DNA of 64,000 nt, taken from the NCBI RefSeq assembly GCF_009914755.1, contig NC_060940.1; one strand, given 5' to 3'. A program made the translations under genes and the position numbers. Below, piece after piece: positions 1 to 48,174 of the stretch; the first letter of the stretch is position 1; every line of letters starts with the position of its first letter. The DNA is from the human T2T-CHM13v2.0 reference genome, Homo sapiens. Below the pieces are notes generated by a model. That model ran no database searches. It had not been told where the DNA came from and saw only the letters and a program-made list of their open reading frames with translations.

Positions 1-589
1 TACAGGCATGAGCCACCACACCTGGACCTTATTGTTTCTGGCTTCTGTCTGATTCTGCAACCGGAACAGAAGCTCCCGAGAGCAGGCAGTGCATTTGTTT
101 TGCTGACCATTTTCTCCCTGGTGTCTAGAACAGGTCCAGTACATAGCCAGTCTCCATACGTGTTTGTTAATGAAGGAAGGAACCAGGAAGGAAGGAAAGA
201 GAGAGAGTACAATGGATGAAATAGAGAACTAAGTTAGGGGAGGTGGGGAAGAGATTACTTTCACCAGGTAGTAAAATGTAAGGTCTCAGCTGAGAGCCGA
301 ACATGGAGAAGGAGCCAGCTGTGCAAGGCGCCAAGGAGAGCATTCCCGGCAGACAGGAAGCAGGTGCAAAGGCCAGGGAGGAGGAGAGAGTCTGATGCCT
401 TGGAAGAAAGAAGGCCACTGTGGCTGGACTGGAGCCAGCAATGGGGAGGCCAAAGAGGAAGGAGATGTCACATCATGAAGGCCTTTGACGGCCGTGGTGA
501 AGGGACCTTATCTGAAATGTCTGTAACACACACGTGTCCTCTGACACTTGGCACTGGATTTCTCTCAGGCACTTTAAACTCATCACCCT

Positions 590-1365
<776 letters not shown>

Positions 1366-2454
1366 ACTCCTTCATCCAAACTCTGTCATATTACACTCAA
1401 AGCATTTTTCTCTGTTCCCCATCTCCGGGATGACCATCGCTGCCATAATCAGGCAGGACTTTCCTTCGACTGTCTCCTGACATCCAAGTCTGGTCAATTC
1501 TTCTAGAAAGGTAGACATACAGATATTAACCAGCCTCTCCCTTCTTGAATCCAGTCCTGTGCTGAGAAATGAGACTCCAGGGATGAATCAGATCAGTCCT
1601 GCTCTTTTTAATTTTTATTTATTTATTTTTTAAGAGATGAGGTCTCACTCCGCTGCCCAGGCTGGTTTCAAACTCCTGAGCTCAAGTGAGCCTCCTGCTG
1701 CAGCCTCCCAAAGTGCTAGGATTACAGGCATGAGCCCCCACACCCAGCCAGTCCTACTCTTGAGGAGACACTAGTTTGTTGGGAAGACAGACCTGGACCC
1801 AGGCAAGGGCCACACAGTGTGCTCAGAACTACATCAGAAATGTCAGAGAAGTCTTTCTTGAAGAGGCGACACAGGCTGGGTACTGAAAGCTGAGTAGGAG
1901 TTGGCCATTTGGGAGACAGGGAAGTGCTCTAAACAGAAGACACAGTTTGTGCAAGGATTTGGTGGGGATAAAATATCTGGTCAAAAAAAGCAAAAAGCAA
2001 AAATCTGGGCTGGGTAGGTTAAAGGAGTGGGAAAGGATTTCTGATTTCCTCTAGATTTGGTTTGGAGAAGCAGGGGGAAGGATGAGCGGGAATTGGGGCA
2101 TGACCAGGATTGGAAATCAGGCTGAAGAGCTTGTACTAAGAGCTATGGAGGGTTCCTGAGGAGGGCGAGTGACCCTGTCAGACTTGGATTTGAAAATGAT
2201 TCCTCTGGATTAGTTAAATCCAGGGGTGCTAGCTTAGCTAAGGAAGCGATGCATTTTTAGGGAGTAAAAGAGTGATTTTGAGCCTGGAGCACAGGGGAGA
2301 GGGCGGATGCTAAGGCCCAGGAAAGAGTGCTCTTGAACTTGGAAGGGCCCAGCTCCCCAAGACCAGCCTTCAGCCTTGATATGACCTGATTCAGCTAAAC
2401 AAAGCTGGGGAGCGGGAATGAGACCTGGGGGACTTGTCGGCTCAGTGCCCCTGA

Positions 2455-2467
2455 GGTAACCATTAAT
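2455..2467 (+). promoter_or_regulatory. HNF1-like site in the SLC5A2 proximal promoter
   Basis: GGTAACCATTAAT versus consensus GTTAATNATTAAC, about 60 nt upstream of the ATG; HNF1A regulation of SGLT2 is established. Confidence 0.7.
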
Positions 2468-2523
2468 CCTTCCCCTGGGGGAATCCAGGGGCTGGTTCCT
2501 GGATGGGGCAGATCCTGGGGAGA

Positions 2524-9928
<7,405 letters not shown>

Positions 9929-10139
9929 GACCAACTGCGTTGGACACCATAAGCCACAGCCTCACAGGAAGTGGGGGTGAGGAGCCTGCGGTGCTCCCCA
10001 GAAAAGGGGAAGGGGCAGTGGGGTGAGAAGGTCCTGGCTCCCCTTCTCCCGGCCTTCCTCTGCCTGGGGCCCACTGCATCTGATTGGCAGTCACTTCCCA
10101 TGAGGGCCTGGCCCACCCGCTGCAGTTGCCCTAAGGAAA

Positions 10140-10145
10140 AATAAA
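10140..10145 (+). terminator. SLC5A2 polyadenylation signal
   Basis: AATAAA about 210 nt after the stop, followed by GT/T-rich sequence. Confidence 0.85.
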
Positions 10146-10227
10146 GCTGCCTTTCCCCTGTCCTGCTGTGGCCAAAGTGTCCTTGCTCCAGGTTCCTGCC
10201 CTGGGCTTGGGCCTCCGTCTGGGCTGC

Positions 10228-27766
<17,539 letters not shown>

Positions 27767-28984
27767 GCCGAGCTTTTGGATCCCAGCCCCGCCCCTGCCG
27801 CACGGTGGACGTGGCAGGCGGCACTTCCGGCTGGGCTACCGCGGCTGCAGAGGGACATCTTTCAAGAACAGGCGCCGGCCTCGGCGTCCGCCGCGCAGTT
27901 AGGAAACTGACTGTCGCTCTCTCCGGCCTCGGCGCTGCTTCGGACGCCCCGGCACCGGCCCCCGTTGCTTTGTAGCATTCTGCAGCTGGGCTGCAGGCGC
28001 CGTGGGCCTCCGCCAGTTGTGTTCGAGACGCGGTTCGGCCACAGAAGTTTTAGCTTGTGACTTTTGGCAAGTCAGTGGCCCTCTCTGGGCCTCAGGTGCC
28101 TTTTTTGCTGTGAGACCAGCGACTGTATTTTTAACCCTGATTTTATCCCTAGATCTACCCAACACATAGTAGGTGCTCAAAAGATATTTATGAGTGAATG
28201 AATGCATCATGAGAAGAAATTGGACCAGATGAGGCCCTGTGAAGCTGCTTGGGTCTTTTTTTGTTCTTTTTTTTTTCTCTCTTCTGAGTGTCCCTGGCCT
28301 GGACTAGAAATTCTCCATCCTTCGGCCTTCTGCGAGACTGCAGGAACATTACTTTTGAAGGATGCTAAGGAATCCGAGGGATGAAAAAAATCAAGAGATT
28401 GCAATGATGTCACAAAACAAGGAAACAAGGCAGGAAGTTCTTGTGTGTTTTTTTGCGGGAGAGAGTCCATGAAATTGGGGGGAGTCCAAAGAGGGAGTGT
28501 TTCTGTCCTTGGAACTCACCTTTTCTTCTTTCCATTTCTCCTCTTCTCCTTCCCATCTAGTGCAGCATCTTCACTCCGAAGCAGAAATTTGCCAAAAAAG
28601 CATCCTCTTTTTATCAGAAAATAAAATATCCTGGTTTCTTAGCCTGGCATTCTTGGATCCCCACAGTTTGATCCCAACCGACAACTCCTTATTTGAAACT
28701 TCAGATTCTCCCAAACCGTCACCTTCCTCGTGGACTTAATCCTGGAAGGCCCTTCTACCCCACTTCGCCTTATCTCACACAAACACAGTCTCTCTCTGAC
28801 TGAGATAAACTTGAACACTTCTTTTCTTTTCTTTTTTTTTTTCTTTAAATTTCGGGTTTCAAAATACAAATGGCCTAATCACAACATTTCTGTAATGTTG
28901 TCTAAATTCAGGTACTGGTTTGAATAGAGGACAAAAATAAAACAAGGTTTGAAGACTAAGTACTTTAAAAACATATTTATTTAA

Positions 28985-31630
<2,646 letters not shown>

Positions 31631-32066
31631 TCATGACTAGTGTCACTGTATAATTTATTGTGCAAACCAGGACTTTTGAGAGGGTCATTAAAGGAAGCAC
31701 TGGTAATAATTGTGTTGGGAAAACAGGTCTGCGGGAAAACAGGTCTGCAGTGAAGCTGTCTCAGGCAAATGGGAATATATGGTCACATTATTTATGAACC
31801 CACTGCAGCTCTACTGCTTACCATTGTCCACCTTGACATCTCCTTACTCAGAGACTATGACAGTCCCTGTTCGTTGTAGCATTTACTTAACTCTTAGCCT
31901 ATGCTGTCTGGAGCCAGTTTGTATTTGCTTTTGTTAGGTACAGATGTCCTGTCTTCCCAAGTGGACTGTAAGTGCCTGAGGGCAAGGACCCATCATACAC
32001 TTCCCTGTGACCTGAGTGTGCAGATAGGTGGCTTGACAAAGAGATGAGTGATAGTTCCCCTTTCTC

Positions 32067-32768
32067 TATGGCTGACTGCCACCGTCACTACTTGAAACCC
32101 TCATTATGATAGTTACTACTGTTACTGTTTGAGACCTTCACTACGACAGTTACTACTGACTACTTGAGACCTTCACTATGACAGTTACTACTGTTAGTAC
32201 TTGAGACCGTCATTATGACAGTTGCTGTTACTACTTGAGACCATCAGTACAACAGTTACTATTGTTACTACTTGAGACCATCATTATGACAGTTACTACT
32301 GTTACTACTTGAGACCGTCATTATAACAGTTACTGCCATTACTCTTTAACACCCTCATTACAAGACTGAATGAAGGGATGAACATAGACAATGAAAACTT
32401 AAAGCAAAAAGGAAGGGTCCAGGGGAAGAAGAAGAGAGCTCCCTGCTTCTAGTGAGCAAAGGCAGCCCTTGAGCTTCCACAGCCCTTCGTATTTGTTGGG
32501 TAGCAAGAGCAGGGAGGAGGAGGTAATGATGGGTTGGCTGCTTAACTGATAACAGGTTCATAATATTATTAACAGGCTTCAGATGTACCTAATCGCAAGA
32601 AACACTGTGCTTGGGGCATGACTGCCCTCAGCATTCCTTCTGGGTGGCAGACGCAGTTTGTCAGTCTGCCAACATTCTGCATTTATGAGAAACAGTTTGT
32701 GGTTTACTCATACAGCCTCCAGTGGTATACTGAGTTGATCATGACCCTCATTCTTTCGGCCTGTAACA
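32067..32768 (-). mobile_element. Solo LTR, probably LTR3 (HERV-K HML-6), with an internal minisatellite
   Basis: Minus strand begins TGTTACAGGCCGAAAGAATGAGGGTC; TSD TTTCTC at 32061-32066 and 32769-32774. Confidence 0.8.
32092..32365. repeat. About 37-bp tandem repeat, about 7.5 copies
   Basis: Unit TTGAGACCGTCATTATGACAGTTACTACTGTTACTAC; starts at 32092, 32129, 32164, 32201, 32235, 32272, 32309. Confidence 0.92.
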
Positions 32769-32844
32769 TTTCTCTCTCATGAGGTCTCTTGAAAGCCTGC
32801 GCCTAAATCCTGTCATTTGATAGTGCAACTGTCTCTTGTTATAG

Positions 32845-35670
<2,826 letters not shown>

Positions 35671-36127
35671 ACAGATTTTTGGCCTCTTGCATCAAAAACC
35701 AACAATGACATAAATGAGCCGCAGTTCAGGACTGGCTCATGTTCTTAGAACTTAGCTCCCTCTCTACAACTTAGCCCATGACCCAGCAATTATTTCCTTT
35801 CCCCACATGGCCTTGGCACTGGTCAGTTTCTGGCCCAGTGAAGTCCCCTTTCCAGACTAGAGCATTTACCCCACCTCCTGATACACTTCCTTCCCTTGCA
35901 GGCGATCCCTCATAGACCAAAATGTAACACACCCACCAGGCGCCTCCCTGTTGCCGGGCTGTGGAACTCAGTGACTGTTAGGACGGCCAGCAAGTGTATG
36001 GAGGGAGGCGGCCAGGTCAGAGATATGGGCTCAGGATCCTGTGACCTCACCTCCCCACAGAACTGCAATTATACTTTCACCTGGGGCAGCAATGACAGTA
36101 CCCACTTGGGGAATTGAAAATATTTTT

Positions 36128-37215
36128 TGTTGCGGGAAGTCAGGGACCCTGAATGGAGGCACTGGCTGAAGCCATGGCAGAAGAACATAAATTGTGAAGA
36201 TTTCATGGACATTTATTAGTTCCCCAAATTAATACTTTTATAATTTCTTATGCCTGTCTTTACTGCAATCTCTGAACATAAATTGTGAAGATTTCATGGA
36301 CACTTATCACTTCCCCAATCAATACCCTCGTGATTTCCTATGCCTGTCTTTACTTTAATCTCTCAATCCCGTCATCTTTGTAAACTGAAGAGGATGTATG
36401 TCACCTCAGGACCTTGTGATGATTGTGTTAACTGTACAAATTGTGTGTAGAGCATGTGTGTTTGAACAATATGAAATCTGGGCACCTTGAAAAAAGAACA
36501 GGATAACAGCAGTGTTCAGGGAACAAGAGAGATAACCTTAAACTCTGACTGCCAGTGAGCCAGGTGGAACAGAACCACATTTCTCTTCTTTCAAAAGCAA
36601 ATGGGAGAAATATCACTGAATTCTTTTTCTCAGCAAGGAACATCCCTGAGAAAGAGAATGCGTCCCTGAAGGGAGGCCTCTGAAATGACCACTTTGGGGA
36701 CAGCTGTCTTTTACGATCATAGTGGAGGGATGAAATAAGCCCCGGTTTCCAGTAGTGCTCCCAGGCTTATTAGGACGAGGAAATTCCTGCCTAATAAATT
36801 TTGGTCAGACCGGTTGTCTGCTTTCAAACCCTGTTTCCTAAAAGATGTTATCAATGACAATGCGTGCCTGAAACTTCATTAGCAATTTTAATTTCGCCCC
36901 AGTCCTGTGGTCCTGTGATCTTGCCCTGCCTCCATTTGCCTTGTGATATTTTATTACCTTGTGAAGCATGTGATCTCTGTGACCCACACCCTATTCGTAC
37001 ACTCACTCCCCTTTTCAAAATTGCTAATAAAAACTTGCTGGTTTTGTGGCTTGAGGGGCATCACAGAACCTGCTGACTTTTGATGTCTCCCCTGGACACC
37101 CAGCTTTAAAATTTCTCTCTTTTGTACTCTTTCCCTTTATTTCTCAGACTGGCTGACACTTAGGGAAAATAGAAAAGAACCTATGTGAAATATCGGGGCT
37201 GAATTTCCCCCAGTA
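36128..37215 (+). mobile_element. Solo MER11 LTR (HERV-K HML-8)
   Basis: Begins TGTTGCGGGAAGTCAGGGACC; internal duplication of GAACATAAATTGTGAAGATTTCATGGAC; TSD ATTTTT at 36122-36127 and 37216-37221. Confidence 0.9.
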
Positions 37216-37636
37216 ATTTTTGAAAAACTTTGTCCCAGTTACAATTACCAAAAACAATGACAACTTCCCTGCAGCACCTCCAGAGAGATGGCAGTGCCTG
37301 GAGAGGCTCTGCTTTTCCATGATCCTTTGAGGCAGACAGGGGCTCTCCTGGAGGAAGCAGAAAATGCAGAGTCTGAGCCAGAAGGGGATGACAATGAAGC
37401 GCAGTGGGTGCTGGATTCTGTGCCTCCTGGAATGTGTTTTTGCTGAAGCTCTCATTTTCTGTTACTCCCCAAATTCTTCAAATGAACAATCTTTGAATTA
37501 TAAATAAATGGTAACTTGAGAAGGATTTGTCAACAGATTACAGTGCCAGGAAGAACGTGAGGTTCAATATTGACAAAATAGAGACATCTGTGTAATTCAA
37601 TGCAAGTTGATATGCACATGTATATTGCATATGTAT

Positions 37637-37660
37637 GTGTGTGTGTGTGTGTGTGTGTGT
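37637..37660. repeat. (TG)n microsatellite
   Basis: Direct reading. Confidence 0.9.
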
Positions 37661-37952
37661 TTTGAATACATGTTTTATCAAAATGTAACTCAATAGAGTT
37701 AGACGCTAAACTGAGCAATATTCATAGAAGAAACAAAGACATTTAACAAGGAATTTCCCCTCCCACACACACAAGCACCAAGTTTATGTAGTTGAGAGGG
37801 AAATTCTACTGATAGAATAATCAATAAACTAATGCTACTTAAACTACTCAAGAGTTATAGAGAGGTAAATCTTTCCTAAGATAGTTTTTAGGAAGGGTAT
37901 ATAAAGGTGATACCAGAACCTTGCCTAGATTTAGCCATATAGAATACTATAG

Positions 37953-38275
<323 letters not shown>

Positions 38276-38789
38276 GACATATACATTTAAGAGTAAAATA
38301 TTAAATATTAGAAACTATCGCATCAATATGTTAATGCACAATCAATCGCCCTTTATGTTATGAAGGTAAGTATGATTCACTCTTAAGAAATTCATCGATG
38401 AAATTAATCACATTAATAGAATGAATGAGAATGTCATGTGACTATGTTCATCAATGCAAAAAAATTGGCAGAATTCTACAGAAAATTATGTTTAATAAAT
38501 TTAGTAAGAAATTGGTGTAAAAGATTTCTGAAAAACATGAAAATAGACTTATACAAATGAAAAATAATGACACCAAATGTTTGGGTGGGAAAATTCAACA
38601 ATATTGAGAAGTCAATAATCTTTGAATAAATTTATATGTTGAGTTTGACCCAAATATAATACCATGTACTTGAGTTCTGAAGATTTAAAAAATGTATTGC
38701 TATGTAAAGTAAACAAAAAAAATCCATGAACAATTTGAAATAAAAAAAAAAAAGAGTGACTTCCTTTGTCATATATTATTAAAACATGG

Positions 38790-39199
<410 letters not shown>

Positions 39200-39705
39200 T
39201 TAATTACAATAAGACAGCAGTGACAAAAGTAGAAATGTGGATTTGGGGTGTCTCACTGGAGACCACAGCCCATAAATATGTAGCTAAGCCTTTGTCTCCT
39301 CATGTGTTTTGTTGCCACAGAGATGGTGTTTCCACAAGTGCAGGGAGGGTATTCAGCCTTTGAATAGAGCAGCTGTGGCTATTGTCTGATGGATAACATT
39401 TTTACGGGCACAATACACACTGTAACCTGTTTTAAGAGCCCACAGCCTGTTTTCTGGTGAGCTGAGATGTGGCTGCCTTCAGTAACACTTTATCGCCTGC
39501 ATCTGACCCACTTTCTCTGGGTACCTTAAAAACAGTCACATACTGTTTTAGTAATTCCTTCAGTTGGTGACTTGCCTGGTGTGAGACTATCTGGGAACCC
39601 CTCCTACCCAAGCCCACAGGTGATAACAGTCTGTGAACAGTCCAGGGAGACACCAACTGCTCAGGGATGCTGGAACAGTGTATGAACAGACTATGTATGT
39701 TTAAA

Positions 39706-41687
<1,982 letters not shown>

Positions 41688-44600
41688 GTTATCTAACTTT
41701 TTCACTCTCCTCTGCTCTGCAGTGTGGGGTGGAGTTCCCCAAAGCAGAAGCAGTTGTGAGAATTCAGCTGTCTCCTACTAATCCAGGTATTTCAGAGACC
41801 CCTGTAGGCAGAACACCATGGTCCCGAGATGAGCAGGAAGAACCCTTCCAATGGGTATGCGGTCCTGGGAAGTTTTAGAGAATCAAATTCCAGTTCTTTG
41901 AAGTCCATACTCACTCATTCTCAAAATCAACTAGGCCCGGAAACGGTGTCCAGGGGAGTCCCTGCCCCTGGGCCCTTCTCACGTTTCCTTCCTTCTCCCA
42001 ATTGCCAATCTCACCTGCCTGAAATTTACAAGGGGCGTTGTCCCAGACCACCAGAATAGGGACCCTTCAACAATTCCCTCAATTCTATGCCATCCATCTG
42101 ATTAGAGGATTTATTTCCAATACAATTGGAATTTCTGTTTCATAAATATTTATTAAAATTTGAAACATTCACTTTGGTAAACCGCATTTTACTAAATATG
42201 TGTCTATATATGTTATATATATATATAAATTTCCTCTTGAATATATATGTCAGAGCTGTCTATCCATGTATTTATACAGAGAGAGAGTGAGACAGAGAGA
42301 CCAACAGAAAGACACAGCACATGAGAGAAGTTGCAAGTAAGTAGAATGGGAGTGAACAAAATACAAGCACAAAAGCATGTGAGTTATCTTAGGATAAAGT
42401 TAAGTGGGGATAGTGGAATAGAAATACAAGTTCAAGAAGTAAAAGGCATGTTGTAAAACTCCCAGCTGCTAAGGAAAAACCTGTTTGGTTTTTAAAAAAA
42501 TATATAGTGGTCAGGGCCAAATCACCACCCCATTAACATTGTGTTGGACACATTCAAAAGAGCGATGTGCGGTTTGTTTAAATGTGTTTGGATCCTGTCA
42601 CAATTAAAAGCCTTTGCTATGATTTAAATGTATGAGGCAAAAATAAATGTCTACAAAACTTGTGTGGGAGTATACACAAAGATTCTTTAGAAGGATTGGA
42701 TGAAAGAATTTGAAGACAGTTAAAGGAAAGAATCCCTAGCTGACATTACTTTTCCTCCTGAAACATGCAGTGGGGCTGCCCAGGCCTTTGTCTCCATTTG
42801 TTCTATTTACCTGTAGGAAAATAAGACTTGGTTCTCATCATAATTTTAGCAGTCATGACGTACATGGCCTCAAGGGAGTTCCAGAGGATGTTTTAGGCTC
42901 CAGGAGCCATTTAAGGGATGTTTCTTTCCAAAGAAAATGTTCATGTCATGAATTTTATTCCACTAACATAATCTGAACATACGGGTCTACCTTTAAATAA
43001 TGGGCCAGATGACCCCTGTTTATCTAGGAGTGCAGTCTTCTGTCAGGGCAGATGTCCTTTCTACTGTGGAGAATTGCATTTTGAGACCCTATGAGTCTGA
43101 GCATATCTGTAAGGGGCTGCTGCTGTCTATTATTAGGGCGGCCTCTTTAGCTTTGGCTCTACACCATGTGGCTTGAAGATTTTCCTTGAATTTGACCTGA
43201 GCCCCTGACCCCACCCACATTGCTGGGGAGGAGGGGCCCGTTCTGGACTCTGGCACCTGTAACTCCTGACCCCCGGTCTTGCTTGCAGCGGAAAAGGAGA
43301 GGCAGAAGAGGGAGGTGCACACTCAGCCACTCTGGGCATCCTTCCTGGGTGGACTGGGCCCCCTGCAGGGCCTGCTCTCACCTACCCAGGAGCACAGCTG
43401 ATCTCGGCTGGGTCTCCCTCAGCACACTCAGGATGTGTGGGGCAGGTGTCTGCGAGTCCCCGGGGGACTCAGGTTCCTGGCCAGTCTCACTGCCCCCTGC
43501 CCCAGCATTGAGACCCTCATGTGGCTGCAGATGTGGCTGATAGTGCCAATCAAGGGAGCCTCTGTCTTCCCAAACTTAAATTTCCCCTCCCATAACCTAT
43601 AACTTCAGCCCCCTCCATTTTCTGAGCTAAGCTCCAATTAGTGAAAACAAAGTCAAGTGGGAGTCAGGGGACAGGAAAGTGGCCCAGGGGTGGGGCAGAA
43701 GAGGGGGAAGGGACAAGTCTCTCTCGAATGGATCCAGAGTGAGCTCCTCCCTCTTGCGAGTAGCCATGCTGCCAAGACGCTGACCTTCAGATGCGCAAGG
43801 CTCATGTCTCCTCCCCAGCCCTGGGACCCTCTGGAGGCTGCAGGTCCTGATTGCTGTGCCAGTCACAGCAGGAACAGGCCCCAAAAACGTCACATCTCCA
43901 GGAAATAAGACCAAGGTTCCACCTAACCAGTTCAGCTCTCACCTCCCTCCCAAAATGTTCACAGGGGAAACCATGGGCCAAACTATGTAACATGAAATCT
44001 ACAACCTTTTTGCCCTGACTCCAACCTGGTACTGCCACGAGCAAGTCAGGGTTTTGCGTTGACTGAGTGGGATTTGGGTCATCAATTCCAATCAGATTTC
44101 TGGAGAAGGCTCTTCTTTCCCTGATGATTGAGGTCTTCATTGCAGTCCTCTCGGTGGAAGGAGAGGCCTTCCTGGAAGTCCAAACAGTTCTCTTTTCCTC
44201 CCTCTGGCTAATTTCTTGTTCAGCTGAAGCAGAGCCTGCCTCGATGAGGGAGTTCCTATTAGGTTTCTTAATTTTTAAGAGACATCACCAGAAGTGAATT
44301 CCTCTGTAAATCAGCAGTGCTTTATTTTTCTGTTGCAGAATGAGTTTGTGATCCTGGTTTTCTACAATTCTTTAGCAAATGTGTTTTTGTAATCTCACGT
44401 TCAACCCTTCCTTTATTGATGTATCTAGCATGCTGAAAGGGAATCAGTTTCCCCTGCTATTCTCAAGACACTGGTTGAGGGAGGAGACTTCAATTCTTCA
44501 CTACATCTCACTAATTTTACTCTGCAATTCATTATAGTCCAGGTAGTTAGATTAGTTCCAACTGTGCCAGGAAATTTTGAGGAATGAACAAAATTAGATT

Positions 44601-44924
44601 TTTTTTTCCTTTTTTTTTTAAAAGATGGGGTCTCACTATGTTGCCCAGGCTGGTCTTGAACCCTTGGGCTCAGACGATCCTGCCGTCTCTGCCTCTTACA
44701 GGCATGAGCCACTGTGCGTGGCTTCAATGTTAGATGTGTTCTTGGCAGCATGGTCTTCTAAGCCATCTGAGGCAGCACCATCTCTTTTGAGTTTCCTGGC
44801 ATGTACCAGAGACCTTCCTGAAACTTTTCCTTAATGAGCTTTGGAAGGGCATTGGGATCTTGATCTTTCCCATCTGGTAATGAATTATTTTTAAAGAAAT
44901 ATTTAAGAAAAATTATTTAGAAGT

Positions 44925-46765
<1,841 letters not shown>

Positions 46766-47119
46766 TATCTCCATTCTTATGGAGCACAGCGTGGTGGAGT
46801 TCAGTCCACACGCTTACAGGTGGCTTATCTGCAAAATGTGTCTAAAAAGAAATTTTATAGGATAAATATTTTGTACATGTTTGAAACAGTGCTTGGCACA
46901 AATGAATAAATGTAATGCAAGCTGCTATTAATACATCATCTCCGAATTGGGAGAATCATTGCGATCACATCGTTGTGATTACACAAAAGCCTCTGTCATG
47001 TAATAGGGCTCAGTAAACGTCAATTTCCATAGCATTTCGAGCCTGGATACTGAAATATGGGGCAAAAAGCAGGAACATGCCCCTGGTTTGGCTCTTGCCT
47101 TCTTGCATTTCCTGGGTTT

Positions 47120-47355
47120 CCTCATTTATCTTTTTTTTTTTTTTTTTTGGCCTTGTTATCTTTCTACCTTCAGGGAAGCCTCTCCCTTCTTCTCCTCCCT
47201 AGAATGACCTATCACCCTCCTTCAGGACCTAGATGCAGGGCGTTTCTATCTTAGGCTGACACTTGACTCCTTGCCTACATCTATAGCTTGGCACAGAGAG
47301 ATTCACGCACCCTCAAGAGTGTGGGTGAGACATATACAGCCTGTTAGACCTGAAG
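47120..47355 (+). promoter_or_regulatory. AHSP erythroid promoter and non-coding exon 1
   Basis: Several GATA sites (TTATCT about 47126 and 47156, CTATCT about 47245), CACCC/GGGTG boxes about 47308-47327, T18 tract 47131-47148, exon-1 donor AAG|GTGAG at 47355/47356. Confidence 0.8.
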
Positions 47356-47495
47356 GTGAGCCCAACCTGGGAAAATCGTGACCTCAGAGCAGGGCAGGAT
47401 GTGAAAGGTTTTGGAAAGGAGATAGCCCTGCAGGGCAGGAGGGATTTTTAAGGGGAGGAAGTGGGTTGGGGGAAATACCCAGTGAGGAGGGAAAC

Positions 47496-47507
47496 AGATA
47501 TGTAAAT
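47496..47507 (+). promoter_or_regulatory. GATA-like plus octamer-like element in AHSP intron 1
   Basis: AGATATGTAAAT: ATGTAAAT is one mismatch from ATGCAAAT. Confidence 0.55.
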
Positions 47508-47532
47508 TCTACCCTTTTCTCTACCCAGGCAG

Positions 47533-48084
47533 ATGGCTCTTCTTAAGGCCAATAAGGATCTCATTTCCGCAGGATTGAAGGAGTTCAGCGTTCTGCTGAA
47601 TCAGCAGGTGAGTCCAAGCTTTCCATTTCAAAGGACTGGCCTGGAGACTGGGGGGTGCCGGGGAAGTGGAGGAAGAGGATAATTGGAGCTGGTGAAGTAA
47701 TGGTGGAGTTGATGGAAACAACGAGAGACACGGGATACAATGCAGAGGAAAGAGAATGTGAGAGTTGGTGCTGTGGCACTATTCTAGTATTCCCGAATCC
47801 CATTGCTGACCACATTCTCCCTTGCCAACTGCCTCTCCGCAACCCCCCAGGTCTTCAATGATCCTCTCGTCTCTGAAGAAGACATGGTGACTGTGGTGGA
47901 GGACTGGATGAACTTCTACATCAACTATTACAGGCAGCAGGTGACAGGGGAGCCCCAAGAGCGAGACAAGGCTCTGCAGGAGCTTCGGCAAGAGCTGAAC
48001 ACTCTGGCCAACCCTTTCCTGGCCAAGTACAGGGACTTCCTGAAGTCTCATGAGCTCCCGAGTCACCCACCGCCCTCCTCCTAG
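47533..48084 (+). CDS. AHSP: Alpha-hemoglobin stabilizing protein, coding exons 47533-47607 and 47851-48084, 102 aa
   Basis: MALLKANKDLISAGLKEFSVLLNQQ|gtgagt...cag|VFNDPLVSEEDMVTVVEDWMNFYINYY...SHPPPSS*; 309 nt. Confidence 0.99.
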
Positions 48085-48168
48085 CTCAGGGACCCAGCCC
48101 CTCCTCTCTGAGAAACTCTGACCTTCATGTCCTTAGGCTGTGCTCCTGCCACTCTACCCTGACACCTC

Positions 48169-48174
48169 AATAAA
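48169..48174 (+). terminator. AHSP polyadenylation signal within an IRE-like hairpin
   Basis: AATAAA 85 nt after the stop. Confidence 0.9.

Noticed and set aside
32092-32365. Regular 37-bp repeats resembling a CRISPR array
   Set aside because: Units are head-to-tail with no unique spacers, lie inside a TSD-flanked LTR in primate DNA, and there are no cas genes.
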